From Candidatus Arthromitus sp. SFB-mouse-Japan (GTDB lineage Bacteria; Bacillota; Clostridia; Clostridiales; Clostridiaceae), in the NCBI RefSeq assembly GCF_000270205.1, contig NC_015913.1:60001-92000 (forward strand): a stretch of 32,000 nt of DNA. The letters are read 5' to 3'. Positions 8,962 to 17,465 of this stretch are shown here, piece after piece (the stretch's first letter is position 1; every line of letters begins with the position of its first letter). Below the pieces are notes generated by a model. That model was not told where the DNA came from and did not search any database. It worked only from the letters and a program-made list of their open reading frames with translations. A program made the position numbers and the translations under genes.

Positions 8962-10077
8962 GTGTCAAATCTGAAGAAGATTTTAATTTGTATTTATAAT
9001 TTGCAAGGTGGTGGTGCTGAAAGAGTTCTTATAAATTTATTGAATTTATTTGCTGATGAAGGTTATAATGTAACTCTTTTAGTTTTAAGAAAAGAAGGAA
9101 TTTATTTAGATAAAATTCCAAGTAAAATCAAAGTCATATATGGATTTAGAACTTTATTTGGCAAAAAAATTTCCAATAAAGTTTTAAGTTTTTTTGGTTC
9201 TAAGGTTTTGTATAAAATGTTTGTTAGAGGAAATTTTGACATTGAAATTTCATTCTTAGAAGGATTTCCAACCAAGCTTATAAGTGGATCATCATCTGAT
9301 AGTAAAAAAATAGCGTGGGTCCATGCTGATTTTGGTAGTTATCATTGGACAAATAAGATGTTTTCTTATGGTGAAGAGAAGAAATTTTATAGTAAATTTC
9401 ACGATATAGTTTGTGTTTCTAAACTTTGTGCCAGATCTTTTTCAGATAAATTTGGATTTACGGATAACGTAAAAACAGTTTACAATTTATTAGATAAAAA
9501 TTTAGAAAATTATACAAAAATTAAATTTAATGATGTATTTAATAAATATAAAACAACAAAAATAACATATGTGGGAAGAGTTGAAATAGAAAAGTCAGTT
9601 GATAGACTTATTAAATCTTTTGAGGAAATATTAAGTATGGGATACAAAGATATAACTCTTTTTATTCTTGGAGATGGTTCATTAAAAGAAGATTTGGAAA
9701 GATATGTTTCTCAAAATAATTTAAGTAGTAATGTAAAGTTTATATCATTTAAATATAATGTTTATGACTATATATTATCTAGTGATTATATAATAATGCC
9801 ATCTTATTCTGAATCATTCTCTTTGGTTTTAGCTGAATCGATTTATTTAGGAAAAATGTGTATAGCAACAGATACTGCTGGGGCTCGGGAGGTTTTAAAA
9901 AATGGAGAATATGGATTAATAGTTGATAATTCAAAGGACGGAATAAAACAAGGTATATTAAAAGTGATTAATAATCCAGAATTGAAAGATGAATACATTT
10001 TTAGAATAAATAGGAAGGATTATGAATTTAGTAGGGTAAATGTAGTTAAGAAAATATTTGATATTATAAATTTTTAA
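8962..10077 (+). CDS. Glycosyltransferase family 4
   Basis: 371 aa. KILICIYNLQGGGAERVLINL N-terminus and PSYSESFSLVLAESIYLGKMCIATD (E-x7-E). GTG start 7 nt after the yihY stop. The N-terminal beta-strand requires this start or a rare ATA/ATT just upstream. Confidence 0.85.
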   Translation: MSNLKKILICIYNLQGGGAERVLINLLNLFADEGYNVTLLVLRKEGIYLDKIPSKIKVIYGFRTLFGKKISNKVLSFFGSKVLYKMFVRGNFDIEISFLEGFPTKLISGSSSDSKKIAWVHADFGSYHWTNKMFSYGEEKKFYSKFHDIVCVSKLCARSFSDKFGFTDNVKTVYNLLDKNLENYTKIKFNDVFNKYKTTKITYVGRVEIEKSVDRLIKSFEEILSMGYKDITLFILGDGSLKEDLERYVSQNNLSSNVKFISFKYNVYDYILSSDYIIMPSYSESFSLVLAESIYLGKMCIATDTAGAREVLKNGEYGLIVDNSKDGIKQGILKVINNPELKDEYIFRINRKDYEFSRVNVVKKIFDIINF

Positions 10078-10093
10078 GCAAGGAATATTTTAA

Positions 10094-11386
10094 ATGAGTG
10101 TTGATTTTAAAAAGTTGTTTAATAATAAAATTATCAAAAATTTTGTTATTGTTTTTTTAGGAGATGGATTTTCATCTATATTGACATTACTTAATTTAAG
10201 CATAATGATTAGAGTTTTAGGATTAAATGGTAGTTCTAATGTAAATTTAGCTATATCATATGTATTAGTATTTGATGCCATATTTAATTTTCAATCATTT
10301 AATTCAATAATTAAGTTTTTGCCACAATATATAATATCAAATAATATACGTAAAATTAGACAATATATTCAACAAGGGTTTGTATTGGACATTATAACAT
10401 CTATAATTTCATTTATATTTTGTAACTTGTTTATAGTAATAATGTTTTATATATTTAATTTAGATAAGGGTTTAATAAAATTAATCAATATATATTCATT
10501 TTCTATACTCTTTAATTTAACAGGAACTAGTATAGGTATAATTAGGGTTTTTGATAAATTTAAGTATTCTTCATATATAAATGTAGTTGTTAATTTATTT
10601 AAGTTTATTTTTTATGTATTATCATTCTTTATAAAATCAAGTATGTTATATTTTATATGGGTTGAATTGATATTTAGTATAGTTAGTATGGTTTTTATAT
10701 TTACTGTTACAAAATATATACTTAATATTAAAAATATTAAAAATATATTTAAAATTGGAATTAAATGGGATAATGAATTCTTGAAATTTAATTTTTATTG
10801 TAATTTTATGACGACGTTAGATGTACCAATGAGTCATTTAACCCCGTTTTTAATTAATAGATTTATAGGTATAGAATTTATAAGTGTTTATAAGGTTATT
10901 GAGAAAATAGGAGGGATTATTGCGAAAATTGCGTCTCCATTGGTAAATATAATATATCCTGAAATAAGCACTAAAATATCTGAAGGTGATATATATAGTT
11001 CCTTAAATTTAGTTAAAAAGTTATTTTTTTATATAGTATTATTTGGAGTATTATGTTTTATTTTTTTGGGAGTATCCTATAAAATTTGGATAAATATTTT
11101 GATATTAGATGGTGAGAAATTTATAGGAAATATAATGTTTTATTTGGCGTTTATTATATTTAAATTTTCATTTGTTGGAGTTTATCCTTTGGTTTTATCT
11201 TTGGGATGTATAAAATACAATATGTATATTGTGTTAATCGCTAATCTTGTATATTTATTATGTATACCGGTATTAGCTAATATATTTAATATAAATGGTA
11301 TTATAATTTCACAGTTTATACAGGTTTCATTTGTTATATTTATGCAAATTTTTATTATAAATAGGAAATTAAGACTTAAAGTTTAA
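10094..11386 (+). CDS. wzx: Polysaccharide/oligosaccharide flippase (Wzx-like, MOP/PST superfamily)
   Basis: 430 aa with about 12 predicted helices. Size and topology are typical of Wzx flippases, and the locus context supports the call. Primary sequence is low-complexity, so the call rests mostly on architecture. Confidence 0.7.
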   Translation: MSVDFKKLFNNKIIKNFVIVFLGDGFSSILTLLNLSIMIRVLGLNGSSNVNLAISYVLVFDAIFNFQSFNSIIKFLPQYIISNNIRKIRQYIQQGFVLDIITSIISFIFCNLFIVIMFYIFNLDKGLIKLINIYSFSILFNLTGTSIGIIRVFDKFKYSSYINVVVNLFKFIFYVLSFFIKSSMLYFIWVELIFSIVSMVFIFTVTKYILNIKNIKNIFKIGIKWDNEFLKFNFYCNFMTTLDVPMSHLTPFLINRFIGIEFISVYKVIEKIGGIIAKIASPLVNIIYPEISTKISEGDIYSSLNLVKKLFFYIVLFGVLCFIFLGVSYKIWINILILDGEKFIGNIMFYLAFIIFKFSFVGVYPLVLSLGCIKYNMYIVLIANLVYLLCIPVLANIFNINGIIISQFIQVSFVIFMQIFIINRKLRLKV

Positions 11387-11464
11387 TTTGCTTTGATAGA
11401 CTATAAAAATATTATATGTTAAAATTATTTCGTTAATATATAAGGTATTAAATGGGGGATTGTA

Positions 11465-12142
11465 TTGGAAAATATATATTTATTAGATGTTAATATGGAT
11501 ACTCATTTTATACAAATTTATAAAAAATATAAAAAGTCAATTATTTATGAAATATTAAAAAGGACTTTAGACATAATTGTATCACTGATATCTTTAATAA
11601 TTTTATCTCCAATTTTATTAATTGTAGCATTATTAGTTAAAGCGGATTCTAAAGGTCCAGTTATATTTTCTCAACCTAGAGTTGGGAAAAATGGTAAAAT
11701 TTTTAAAATGTATAAATTTAGATCTATGGTTGAGAATGCAGAGGATATATTAAGAGAGCTAAAAAGTAAAAATGAAATGTCTGGACCAATGTTTAAAATA
11801 AAACATGATCCGCGGGTTACTAGGATAGGGAGATTTATAAGGAAAACTAGTTTAGATGAATTACCACAACTTATAAATGTGTTAAAGGGAGATATGTCAT
11901 TAGTTGGGCCAAGACCTAATCTACCGAGAGAGGTTAAGCAATTTGATAAATGGATGCTTGACAAATTGGTTGTTAGACCAGGATTAACGTGTTTTTGGCA
12001 AGTTATGGGAAGAAATTCTATTGGTTTTATTGAATGGATGAAATTGGATATTAAGTACGTTGAAGAACGGAATTTGATATTGGATATAGTTCTTATAATT
12101 AAGACTTTTAGGGTGCTGTTTGGTGATAAAACAGCAAGTTAA
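11465..12142 (+). CDS. Initiating phosphoglycosyl transferase (bacterial sugar transferase family, small WbaP/EpsL type)
   Basis: 225 aa. Single N-terminal helix (IVSLISLIILSPILLIVALLV), then KGPVIFSQPRVGKNGKIFKMYKFRSM, DELPQLINVLKGDMSLVGPRP and CFWQV motifs. TTG start with GGGGGA 5 nt upstream; alternative ATG at 11495. Confidence 0.9.
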   Translation: MENIYLLDVNMDTHFIQIYKKYKKSIIYEILKRTLDIIVSLISLIILSPILLIVALLVKADSKGPVIFSQPRVGKNGKIFKMYKFRSMVENAEDILRELKSKNEMSGPMFKIKHDPRVTRIGRFIRKTSLDELPQLINVLKGDMSLVGPRPNLPREVKQFDKWMLDKLVVRPGLTCFWQVMGRNSIGFIEWMKLDIKYVEERNLILDIVLIIKTFRVLFGDKTAS

Positions 12143-12162
12143 TAGGGGAGATGTTAAAATAT

Positions 12163-13194
12163 ATGTTATGTGCTATTATAATGGCTGGTGGTAAGGGAAC
12201 CCGATTTTGGCCACTATCTACGGAGGAAAAACCCAAGCAATTTCTAAACCTTTTAGGCGATAGGACTATGATAAAAATGACATATGATAGAATAAGTAGA
12301 GTTGTGCCTAAAGAAAGAATATTTATTTCTACTAGTTTAAAATATAAAGATTTAGTTTTAGAACAATTAGATGGTATTTTACCTCAAAATATAATAGTTG
12401 AACCTGAATCTCGCAATACATCAGCGTGTGTTTGTTTATCTAATTTATATGTAAAAAAGAAGTTTAATAATTGTAATGTTATAGTATTACCTTCAGATCA
12501 TTTAATAAATGATGAGGAGGTTTTTATAGATGCTATATTAGATGCTAATGAGTTTTTATATAATAATGATAGAAGCATTATTACTTTTGGTATTAGACCT
12601 GACAGACCAGAAACTGGATATGGTTACATAAATTCTGATTTTAATAGTTTTTCTAAGATAAATAAAGTTAATTCGTTTGTGGAAAAACCGGATTATGATA
12701 CTGCTTTAAAATATTTGGATGCAGGAAATTATTATTGGAATAGTGGTATTTTTATTTGGAATGTAAATTTAATTTTGGATCTAATAGATAAATTTTTAAA
12801 TAATACATATAAGGTTTTAAGTCCAATTCTTTATCTTAACCAAGATGAATGTAATGCATTTGTAAATGATAATTATAGTTTAACAGATAACGTTTCAATT
12901 GATTATAGTGTCATGGAAAAATATAATAATATTTTTGTTATTGAGGGTAATTTTGGTTGGGATGATGTTGGAAGTTGGTCTAGTATTGATCGGTATAGTA
13001 AGAAAGATGTAGATGGAAATGTTTTAAACTCTGCAGGAGTTTTAATGAAATCTAATAATAATACTATATTGACAAAAAAGAAGATTTTGTTAAATAATGT
13101 TAATGATTTAATAATTGTAGAAACAGATGATTATATAGTGGTTTCATCTAAAAAACATGCTCAAGATATAAGATTTGCGCAAGACTATATGTAA
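12163..13194 (+). CDS. manC: Mannose-1-phosphate guanylyltransferase (no PMI domain)
   Basis: MLCAIIMAGGKGTRFWPLSTEEKPKQFL, the nucleotidyl-transferase G-rich loop, and later GYGYI and YWNSGIFIW. The ORF track starts at 12151, but that ATG abuts the GGGGAG RBS. The ATG at 12163 has 12-nt spacing. Confidence 0.85.
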   Translation: MLCAIIMAGGKGTRFWPLSTEEKPKQFLNLLGDRTMIKMTYDRISRVVPKERIFISTSLKYKDLVLEQLDGILPQNIIVEPESRNTSACVCLSNLYVKKKFNNCNVIVLPSDHLINDEEVFIDAILDANEFLYNNDRSIITFGIRPDRPETGYGYINSDFNSFSKINKVNSFVEKPDYDTALKYLDAGNYYWNSGIFIWNVNLILDLIDKFLNNTYKVLSPILYLNQDECNAFVNDNYSLTDNVSIDYSVMEKYNNIFVIEGNFGWDDVGSWSSIDRYSKKDVDGNVLNSAGVLMKSNNNTILTKKKILLNNVNDLIIVETDDYIVVSSKKHAQDIRFAQDYM

Positions 13195-13201
13195 TTTTAA
13201 T

Positions 13202-13239
13202 GGGTTAGTTATTAAATAATAATTAGCCCTTTTTATTTT
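13202..13239 (+). terminator. Candidate intrinsic terminator/attenuator hairpin between manC and the GT2 gene
   Basis: GGGTTAGTTATT ... AATAATTAGCCC (12-bp stem with two G-T wobbles) followed by TTTTTATTTT. The stem is AT-rich, so strength is uncertain. Confidence 0.4.
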
Positions 13240-13254
13240 AAGGAGTGGTATATT

Positions 13255-14106
13255 ATGAGATTTTCTTTAATAATGGCTACATTGGGTAGATTTGATGAAA
13301 TAAGAATATTTTTAGATTCAATAGATTTACAAAATTATACTGATTTTGAACTTATTATAGTTGATCAAAATGAGGAGAATATTTTAGGGGATATAATATT
13401 ACCCTATAAGAAAAAATTTTACATAAATCATATAAGAATAAAAGAGAAAGGATTATCTTTAGCAAGGAATGTAGGTATTAAATATGCTAAAGGGGATATT
13501 ATTGCATTTCCAGATGATGATTGTATATATAGTTTGGGTATACTTGATTTTGTAAATAAGTTTTTTATAGAGAATAAAAATGTAGATTTCTTAACTTTTA
13601 GATTAAGGGATAAAGAAACTGGTGATGATGCTAATTTAAGATGGTATAATAGAGATGTTGAAATAACTAGCAAGAATATTTTTAGAACAGTTATAAGTCC
13701 GTCTATATTTATAAGAGTTAAAAATATAAATGATGTATTTTTTGACGAGAATCTTGGGGTTGGAAGAAGATATGGATCAGGAGAAGAAAGTGATATGGTT
13801 TTAGAGTTGTTATACAGAGGATATAAAGGTATGTTTTTAAATAATTTTATAATATACCATCCAAATAAAAAGGATTCTATTAATAAAATTTACTCATATG
13901 GACTTGGATATGGTGCAACATTGAAGAAACATGTTAAACTTCGAAGAGGTAATAATTTGATTTTTGATTATCTAATTATTGATTCTGTCATAAAACCCAT
14001 TTTTGGGATGGTTATCAATATAGCAAAATTTAATAACGAAGGATTTATTCTATATAAGGAACGAATGAGATCGAGAATTAAGGGTTATTTAGAATATGAG
14101 ATTTAA
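13255..14106 (+). CDS. Glycosyltransferase family 2 (GT-A fold)
   Basis: 283 aa. FSLIMATLGRFDEIRIFLDSIDLQNYTDFELIIVDQN and the FPDDDCIY (DxD) motif. AAGGAG RBS. Confidence 0.85.
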   Translation: MRFSLIMATLGRFDEIRIFLDSIDLQNYTDFELIIVDQNEENILGDIILPYKKKFYINHIRIKEKGLSLARNVGIKYAKGDIIAFPDDDCIYSLGILDFVNKFFIENKNVDFLTFRLRDKETGDDANLRWYNRDVEITSKNIFRTVISPSIFIRVKNINDVFFDENLGVGRRYGSGEESDMVLELLYRGYKGMFLNNFIIYHPNKKDSINKIYSYGLGYGATLKKHVKLRRGNNLIFDYLIIDSVIKPIFGMVINIAKFNNEGFILYKERMRSRIKGYLEYEI

Positions 14107-14123
14107 TAAAGGGGGATGTTGAT

Positions 14124-14987
14124 GTGTCACTAATAAAAAAAGCGGTAATTCCAATAGCAGGTTTTGGTACTAGATTTTTACCTATAACTAAATCTGTACC
14201 TAAGGAAATGATACCTATTTTAGATAAACCGACTATACATTATATTGTAGAAGAGGCGGTTAATTCAGGTATTACAGATATATTATTCGTTACGAGTAAA
14301 CATAAAAAATGTATTGAAGATTATTTTGATAATTTTAAAGAATTGGAGAATGTTTTAGAGTTATCTGGAAATTATGAAATGTTAAATATAATTAAAGATA
14401 TATCTAATATGGCTAATATAAGTTTTGTTAGACAAAAGGAGCAGAAGGGATTAGGTCATGCAATATATCATGCTAAAGCTTTTGTGGGTTCAGATCCATT
14501 TTGTGTATTACTTGGAGATGATTTAATTTACAATGATAATAAACCTTGTTTGAAACAATTGATAGATATACATGATGATTATGGGGGAAGTGTGATAGGA
14601 GTTCAAAAGGTTGATTTTAAAGATGTAGATAAGTATGGTATTATTGATGGTGTAGAAGTTTATAAGGATTTATATGAGGTTAAAAATTTAATTGAAAAAC
14701 CTCATGTAGATCATGCTCCAAGTAACATAGCTATTCTTGGTAGATATATAATAAGTCCCAGTATATTTGAGTTTTTAGAGGAAGGTTTGGTAGGTAAAGG
14801 TGGAGAAATACAATTGACTGATTCTATATTAAAATTGCTTACAAATGAAAAGGTATATGCTTATGATTTTGAAGGAATTAGGTATGATATAGGAAATAAG
14901 TTAGGATATTTGGAAGCAACAATTGATTATGCATTAAGAGATAATAGTATAAATAGAGATTTAACAAGGTATTTAAAAGAGAGGTAA
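14124..14987 (+). CDS. galU: UTP-glucose-1-phosphate uridylyltransferase
   Basis: 287 aa. KAVIPIAGFGTRFLPITKSVPKEMIPILDKPTIHYIVEEA, QKEQKGLGHAI, VLLGDD and IEKP motifs. GTG start with GGGGGA 7 nt upstream. Confidence 0.9.
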   Translation: MSLIKKAVIPIAGFGTRFLPITKSVPKEMIPILDKPTIHYIVEEAVNSGITDILFVTSKHKKCIEDYFDNFKELENVLELSGNYEMLNIIKDISNMANISFVRQKEQKGLGHAIYHAKAFVGSDPFCVLLGDDLIYNDNKPCLKQLIDIHDDYGGSVIGVQKVDFKDVDKYGIIDGVEVYKDLYEVKNLIEKPHVDHAPSNIAILGRYIISPSIFEFLEEGLVGKGGEIQLTDSILKLLTNEKVYAYDFEGIRYDIGNKLGYLEATIDYALRDNSINRDLTRYLKER

Positions 14988-14991
14988 GTTT

Positions 14992-15585
14992 ATGATTGAT
15001 ATAGAGCTAGATAATGATTTAATAGTTGATTATAATAAAAGTCTTTTAATAATAATTGATATGCTTAAAGGATTTACAGATATTGGTAATTTAAAGAGTA
15101 GATATATATCGAATATAGCATTAGATATAAGAGGTTATAGTAATAGATTTTCTAATATTATTGCCATAAATGATAATCATGGAAATAGTGATTGTGAGTT
15201 TAATCTTTATCCAGCTCATTGTATAGATGGTACAAAAGAAAGTGAACTTTGTGATGAATTAATAGACCTAGATTTTGATTATATACTTTATAAAAATTCA
15301 ACTAATGGATTTTTTTCATATAATTTTTCAAATGTATTTAATGATTATATAGAGAATAATTTTAATTTTATAGTTACAGGGTGTTGCACAGATATATGTA
15401 TATTACAATTTTGTTTAACGTTTAAGGCGTATTTAAATCACATAAATAAAAATCTTGATATAATAGTTCCTGTTAATTTGGTAGAAACATATGATGATAT
15501 TAATCATCCGAGAGATGAATTAGCGAAGTTTTCACTATATTTCATGAAAAATATGGGTATAAGGTTAATAAATACTCATATATAA
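14992..15585 (+). CDS. Isochorismatase-superfamily cysteine hydrolase, nicotinamidase (PncA)-like
   Basis: 197 aa. Catalytic-triad contexts LLIIIDMLKGF (Asp), LYKNSTNGFF (Lys) and VTGCCTDICILQF (Cys). NDNH...YPAHCIDGTKESEL resembles the nicotinamidase metal site. The start lies 4 nt after the galU stop. Confidence 0.7.
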   Translation: MIDIELDNDLIVDYNKSLLIIIDMLKGFTDIGNLKSRYISNIALDIRGYSNRFSNIIAINDNHGNSDCEFNLYPAHCIDGTKESELCDELIDLDFDYILYKNSTNGFFSYNFSNVFNDYIENNFNFIVTGCCTDICILQFCLTFKAYLNHINKNLDIIVPVNLVETYDDINHPRDELAKFSLYFMKNMGIRLINTHI

Positions 15586-15691
15586 ATTATTAATTATATA
15601 CTTAAAAATATATTGAAAATTGTATAAACTTACTGAAATTAGAAATAATTTATATAAAAGGATTTATTTGTAATTAGGAGGAACATTTAAA

Positions 15692-16036
15692 TTGAATAAG
15701 ATATTGTTAGTTGGGCGACTCGTTAAAGATCCTGAGCAACGAATTATTGAAGATTCTCAAAAAGCTTTAATAAAGATAATTATAGCTGTGAATAGAGATT
15801 ATAAGGAACCAGATGGTGAGAGAAAAGCTGATTTTATACCAGTTTCTTTTTGGGGTAAAAAAGGAGAGATTATTCTTAAACACCTGCATAAGGGAGATCT
15901 TATAAGTGTAGGTGGAAGACTTAGAATGGGATCTTATGTAGATAAAGACGGTAATAAAAAATATATAAGTGATGTTGTTGCTGAGGATTTTAAATTTGTG
16001 AGAAATCAATTTAAGGTTGAAACAAAAGTTCAATAA
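15692..16036 (+). CDS. ssb: Single-stranded DNA-binding protein, short form lacking the disordered linker and acidic C-terminal tip
   Basis: 114 aa. MNKILLVGRLVKDPE..., ADFIPVSFWGKKGE and GDLISVGGRLRMGSYVDKDGNKKYISDVVAEDFKFV form an OB fold. It ends ...RNQFKVETKVQ with no Gly/Gln-rich linker or D-D-D-L/I-P-F tip. TTG start with AGGAGG 10 nt upstream. Confidence 0.85.
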   Translation: MNKILLVGRLVKDPEQRIIEDSQKALIKIIIAVNRDYKEPDGERKADFIPVSFWGKKGEIILKHLHKGDLISVGGRLRMGSYVDKDGNKKYISDVVAEDFKFVRNQFKVETKVQ

Positions 16037-16083
16037 AATATTTAAATATAGAGGCATTAAATCACTTTTATCTTTGAATATAT

Positions 16084-16124
16084 AAAAAGGAACCACTTTT
16101 ATGTTAAGGTGGTCCTTTTTGTTT
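16084..16124. terminator. Bidirectional intrinsic terminator between convergent ssb (+) and the flavodiiron gene (-)
   Basis: AAAAAGGAACCAC ... GGTGGTCCTTTTT. GC-containing stem with one bulged A, with an A-run upstream and a T-run downstream. Confidence 0.6.
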
Positions 16125-16159
16125 GGATAAATAATTTTTATAATTATTTATTTTAATAT

Positions 16160-17377
16160 TTATTTTTTATTAATAGATATAAATAATTTTTCTTTAAACG
16201 CACGTCCAAAATTATAAGCATCCTTTAAATCTTCTTCACACGGTTTGAAATTTATTTTAAGGGATGGGGTTAGAAGTTTCATTTTTAATTCTTTAAGCCT
16301 AGATTCAGTATTAGGAACACCCTCTCCACTCCATCCATAAGAACCAAAGGCTGCAGCGACTTTTCCACCGTGGATTATTGGATTTAAATGTGTTAATAAA
16401 TCACGAATAGGTTCTAGCATATCTGAATTTATTGTTGGTGTACCAAACAATAAACCATCCGCTGAATTTATTTCATCTAATAATTTGTTTTTATCATGAC
16501 TTATAACATCATACAATTTTACATCTACGTCATCATTTTCACATATAGATTTTGAAATTGTTTCGGCAAGAGTTGCTGTATAACCATACGCAGATACGTA
16601 ACATATAACAACTTTTGGCTTTTCATTTTTAGGTTGAGGAGTACTCCACGCTTTGTATAAGGATATTATTTTTTGTATATCTCTCCTTAAAATAGGACCA
16701 TGACCCGGACAAATATAATCTATTTCTAATTTTTTAATCTTATCTAGAGCTTTAAGCATAAATGATTTGAATGGTCCGAATATGCAGTCATAATAGTATT
16801 TTAGTGCATCCATATAATCTTCATAATTTTCAACGGAGTCATCAAAAATATTTTCTGTACAATAATGAGCTCCAAATGAATCACAAGTTATTAGAGTATT
16901 TAATTCTTCAATATATGTGTATATAGTATCTGGCCAATGTAAAAATGGAGCAGATATAAATTTAAGAGTTTTATCACCTAGAGATATTACTGAATCTTGG
17001 GTTGCTTCTAGATATTTAAAATCTTTATTAGCAACTTTTTTTAGATATTTTATGGCAGTTGGTGATGCTACGATAGTTATATTTGGACAAAGATCTATCA
17101 TTTTTTCAACAGATCCTGCATGATCTGGTTCAGTATGGCTAACTATTAAATAGTCAATTTTTTCAAGATGTATATTAGTTTCTTTTAGTCTTTCAATATA
17201 TTGATCGAAAAATTGAGCTTTGACAGTCTCAAAAATAGCAGTTTTTTCAGTACCTGTAACCACATATGAATTATACGTTGTACCGTAAGGCGTGTTCATT
17301 ATTATATCAAACACTCTAAGTTCTGGGTCGAGGGCACCTACCCATAGTAAATCATCTTGGATTTTATAGCTTCTCAT
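16160..17377 (-). CDS. Flavodiiron protein (FprA-type O2/NO reductase: metallo-beta-lactamase-like diiron domain plus flavodoxin domain)
   Basis: 405 aa. SHTEPDHAGS (H-x-E-x-D-H diiron ligands), CPGHGP, and a C-terminal flavodoxin-like KVVICYVSAYGYTATLAE ... LLFGTPTIN. AAGGGA RBS. Confidence 0.9.
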   Translation of the reverse strand: MRSYKIQDDLLWVGALDPELRVFDIIMNTPYGTTYNSYVVTGTEKTAIFETVKAQFFDQYIERLKETNIHLEKIDYLIVSHTEPDHAGSVEKMIDLCPNITIVASPTAIKYLKKVANKDFKYLEATQDSVISLGDKTLKFISAPFLHWPDTIYTYIEELNTLITCDSFGAHYCTENIFDDSVENYEDYMDALKYYYDCIFGPFKSFMLKALDKIKKLEIDYICPGHGPILRRDIQKIISLYKAWSTPQPKNEKPKVVICYVSAYGYTATLAETISKSICENDDVDVKLYDVISHDKNKLLDEINSADGLLFGTPTINSDMLEPIRDLLTHLNPIIHGGKVAAAFGSYGWSGEGVPNTESRLKELKMKLLTPSLKINFKPCEEDLKDAYNFGRAFKEKLFISINKK

Positions 17378-17435
17378 ATTTAAATCCCTTCTTTTTATTT
17401 TAAAATAAATTTATATAATTAAGTTTATGTATAAT

Positions 17436-17465
17436 ATTATAAATTTTAAATAATATTTTAGTCAA
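17436..17465 (-). promoter_or_regulatory. Candidate sigma-A promoter of the flavodiiron gene (TTGACT - 18 nt - TATAAT)
   Basis: On the minus strand, TTGACT lies at 17465-17460 and TATAAT at 17441-17436, about 60 nt upstream of the ATG at 17377. The -10 sits inside a perfect 12-bp palindrome. Confidence 0.4.

Noticed and set aside
10724-10748. Tandem 9-nt repeat AATATTAAA x2.6 that might have been a repeat or CRISPR-like element
   Set aside because: It lies in frame within the flippase gene and simply encodes NIKNIKNIF. It is a short, single-locus, low-complexity feature with no spacer-repeat architecture.
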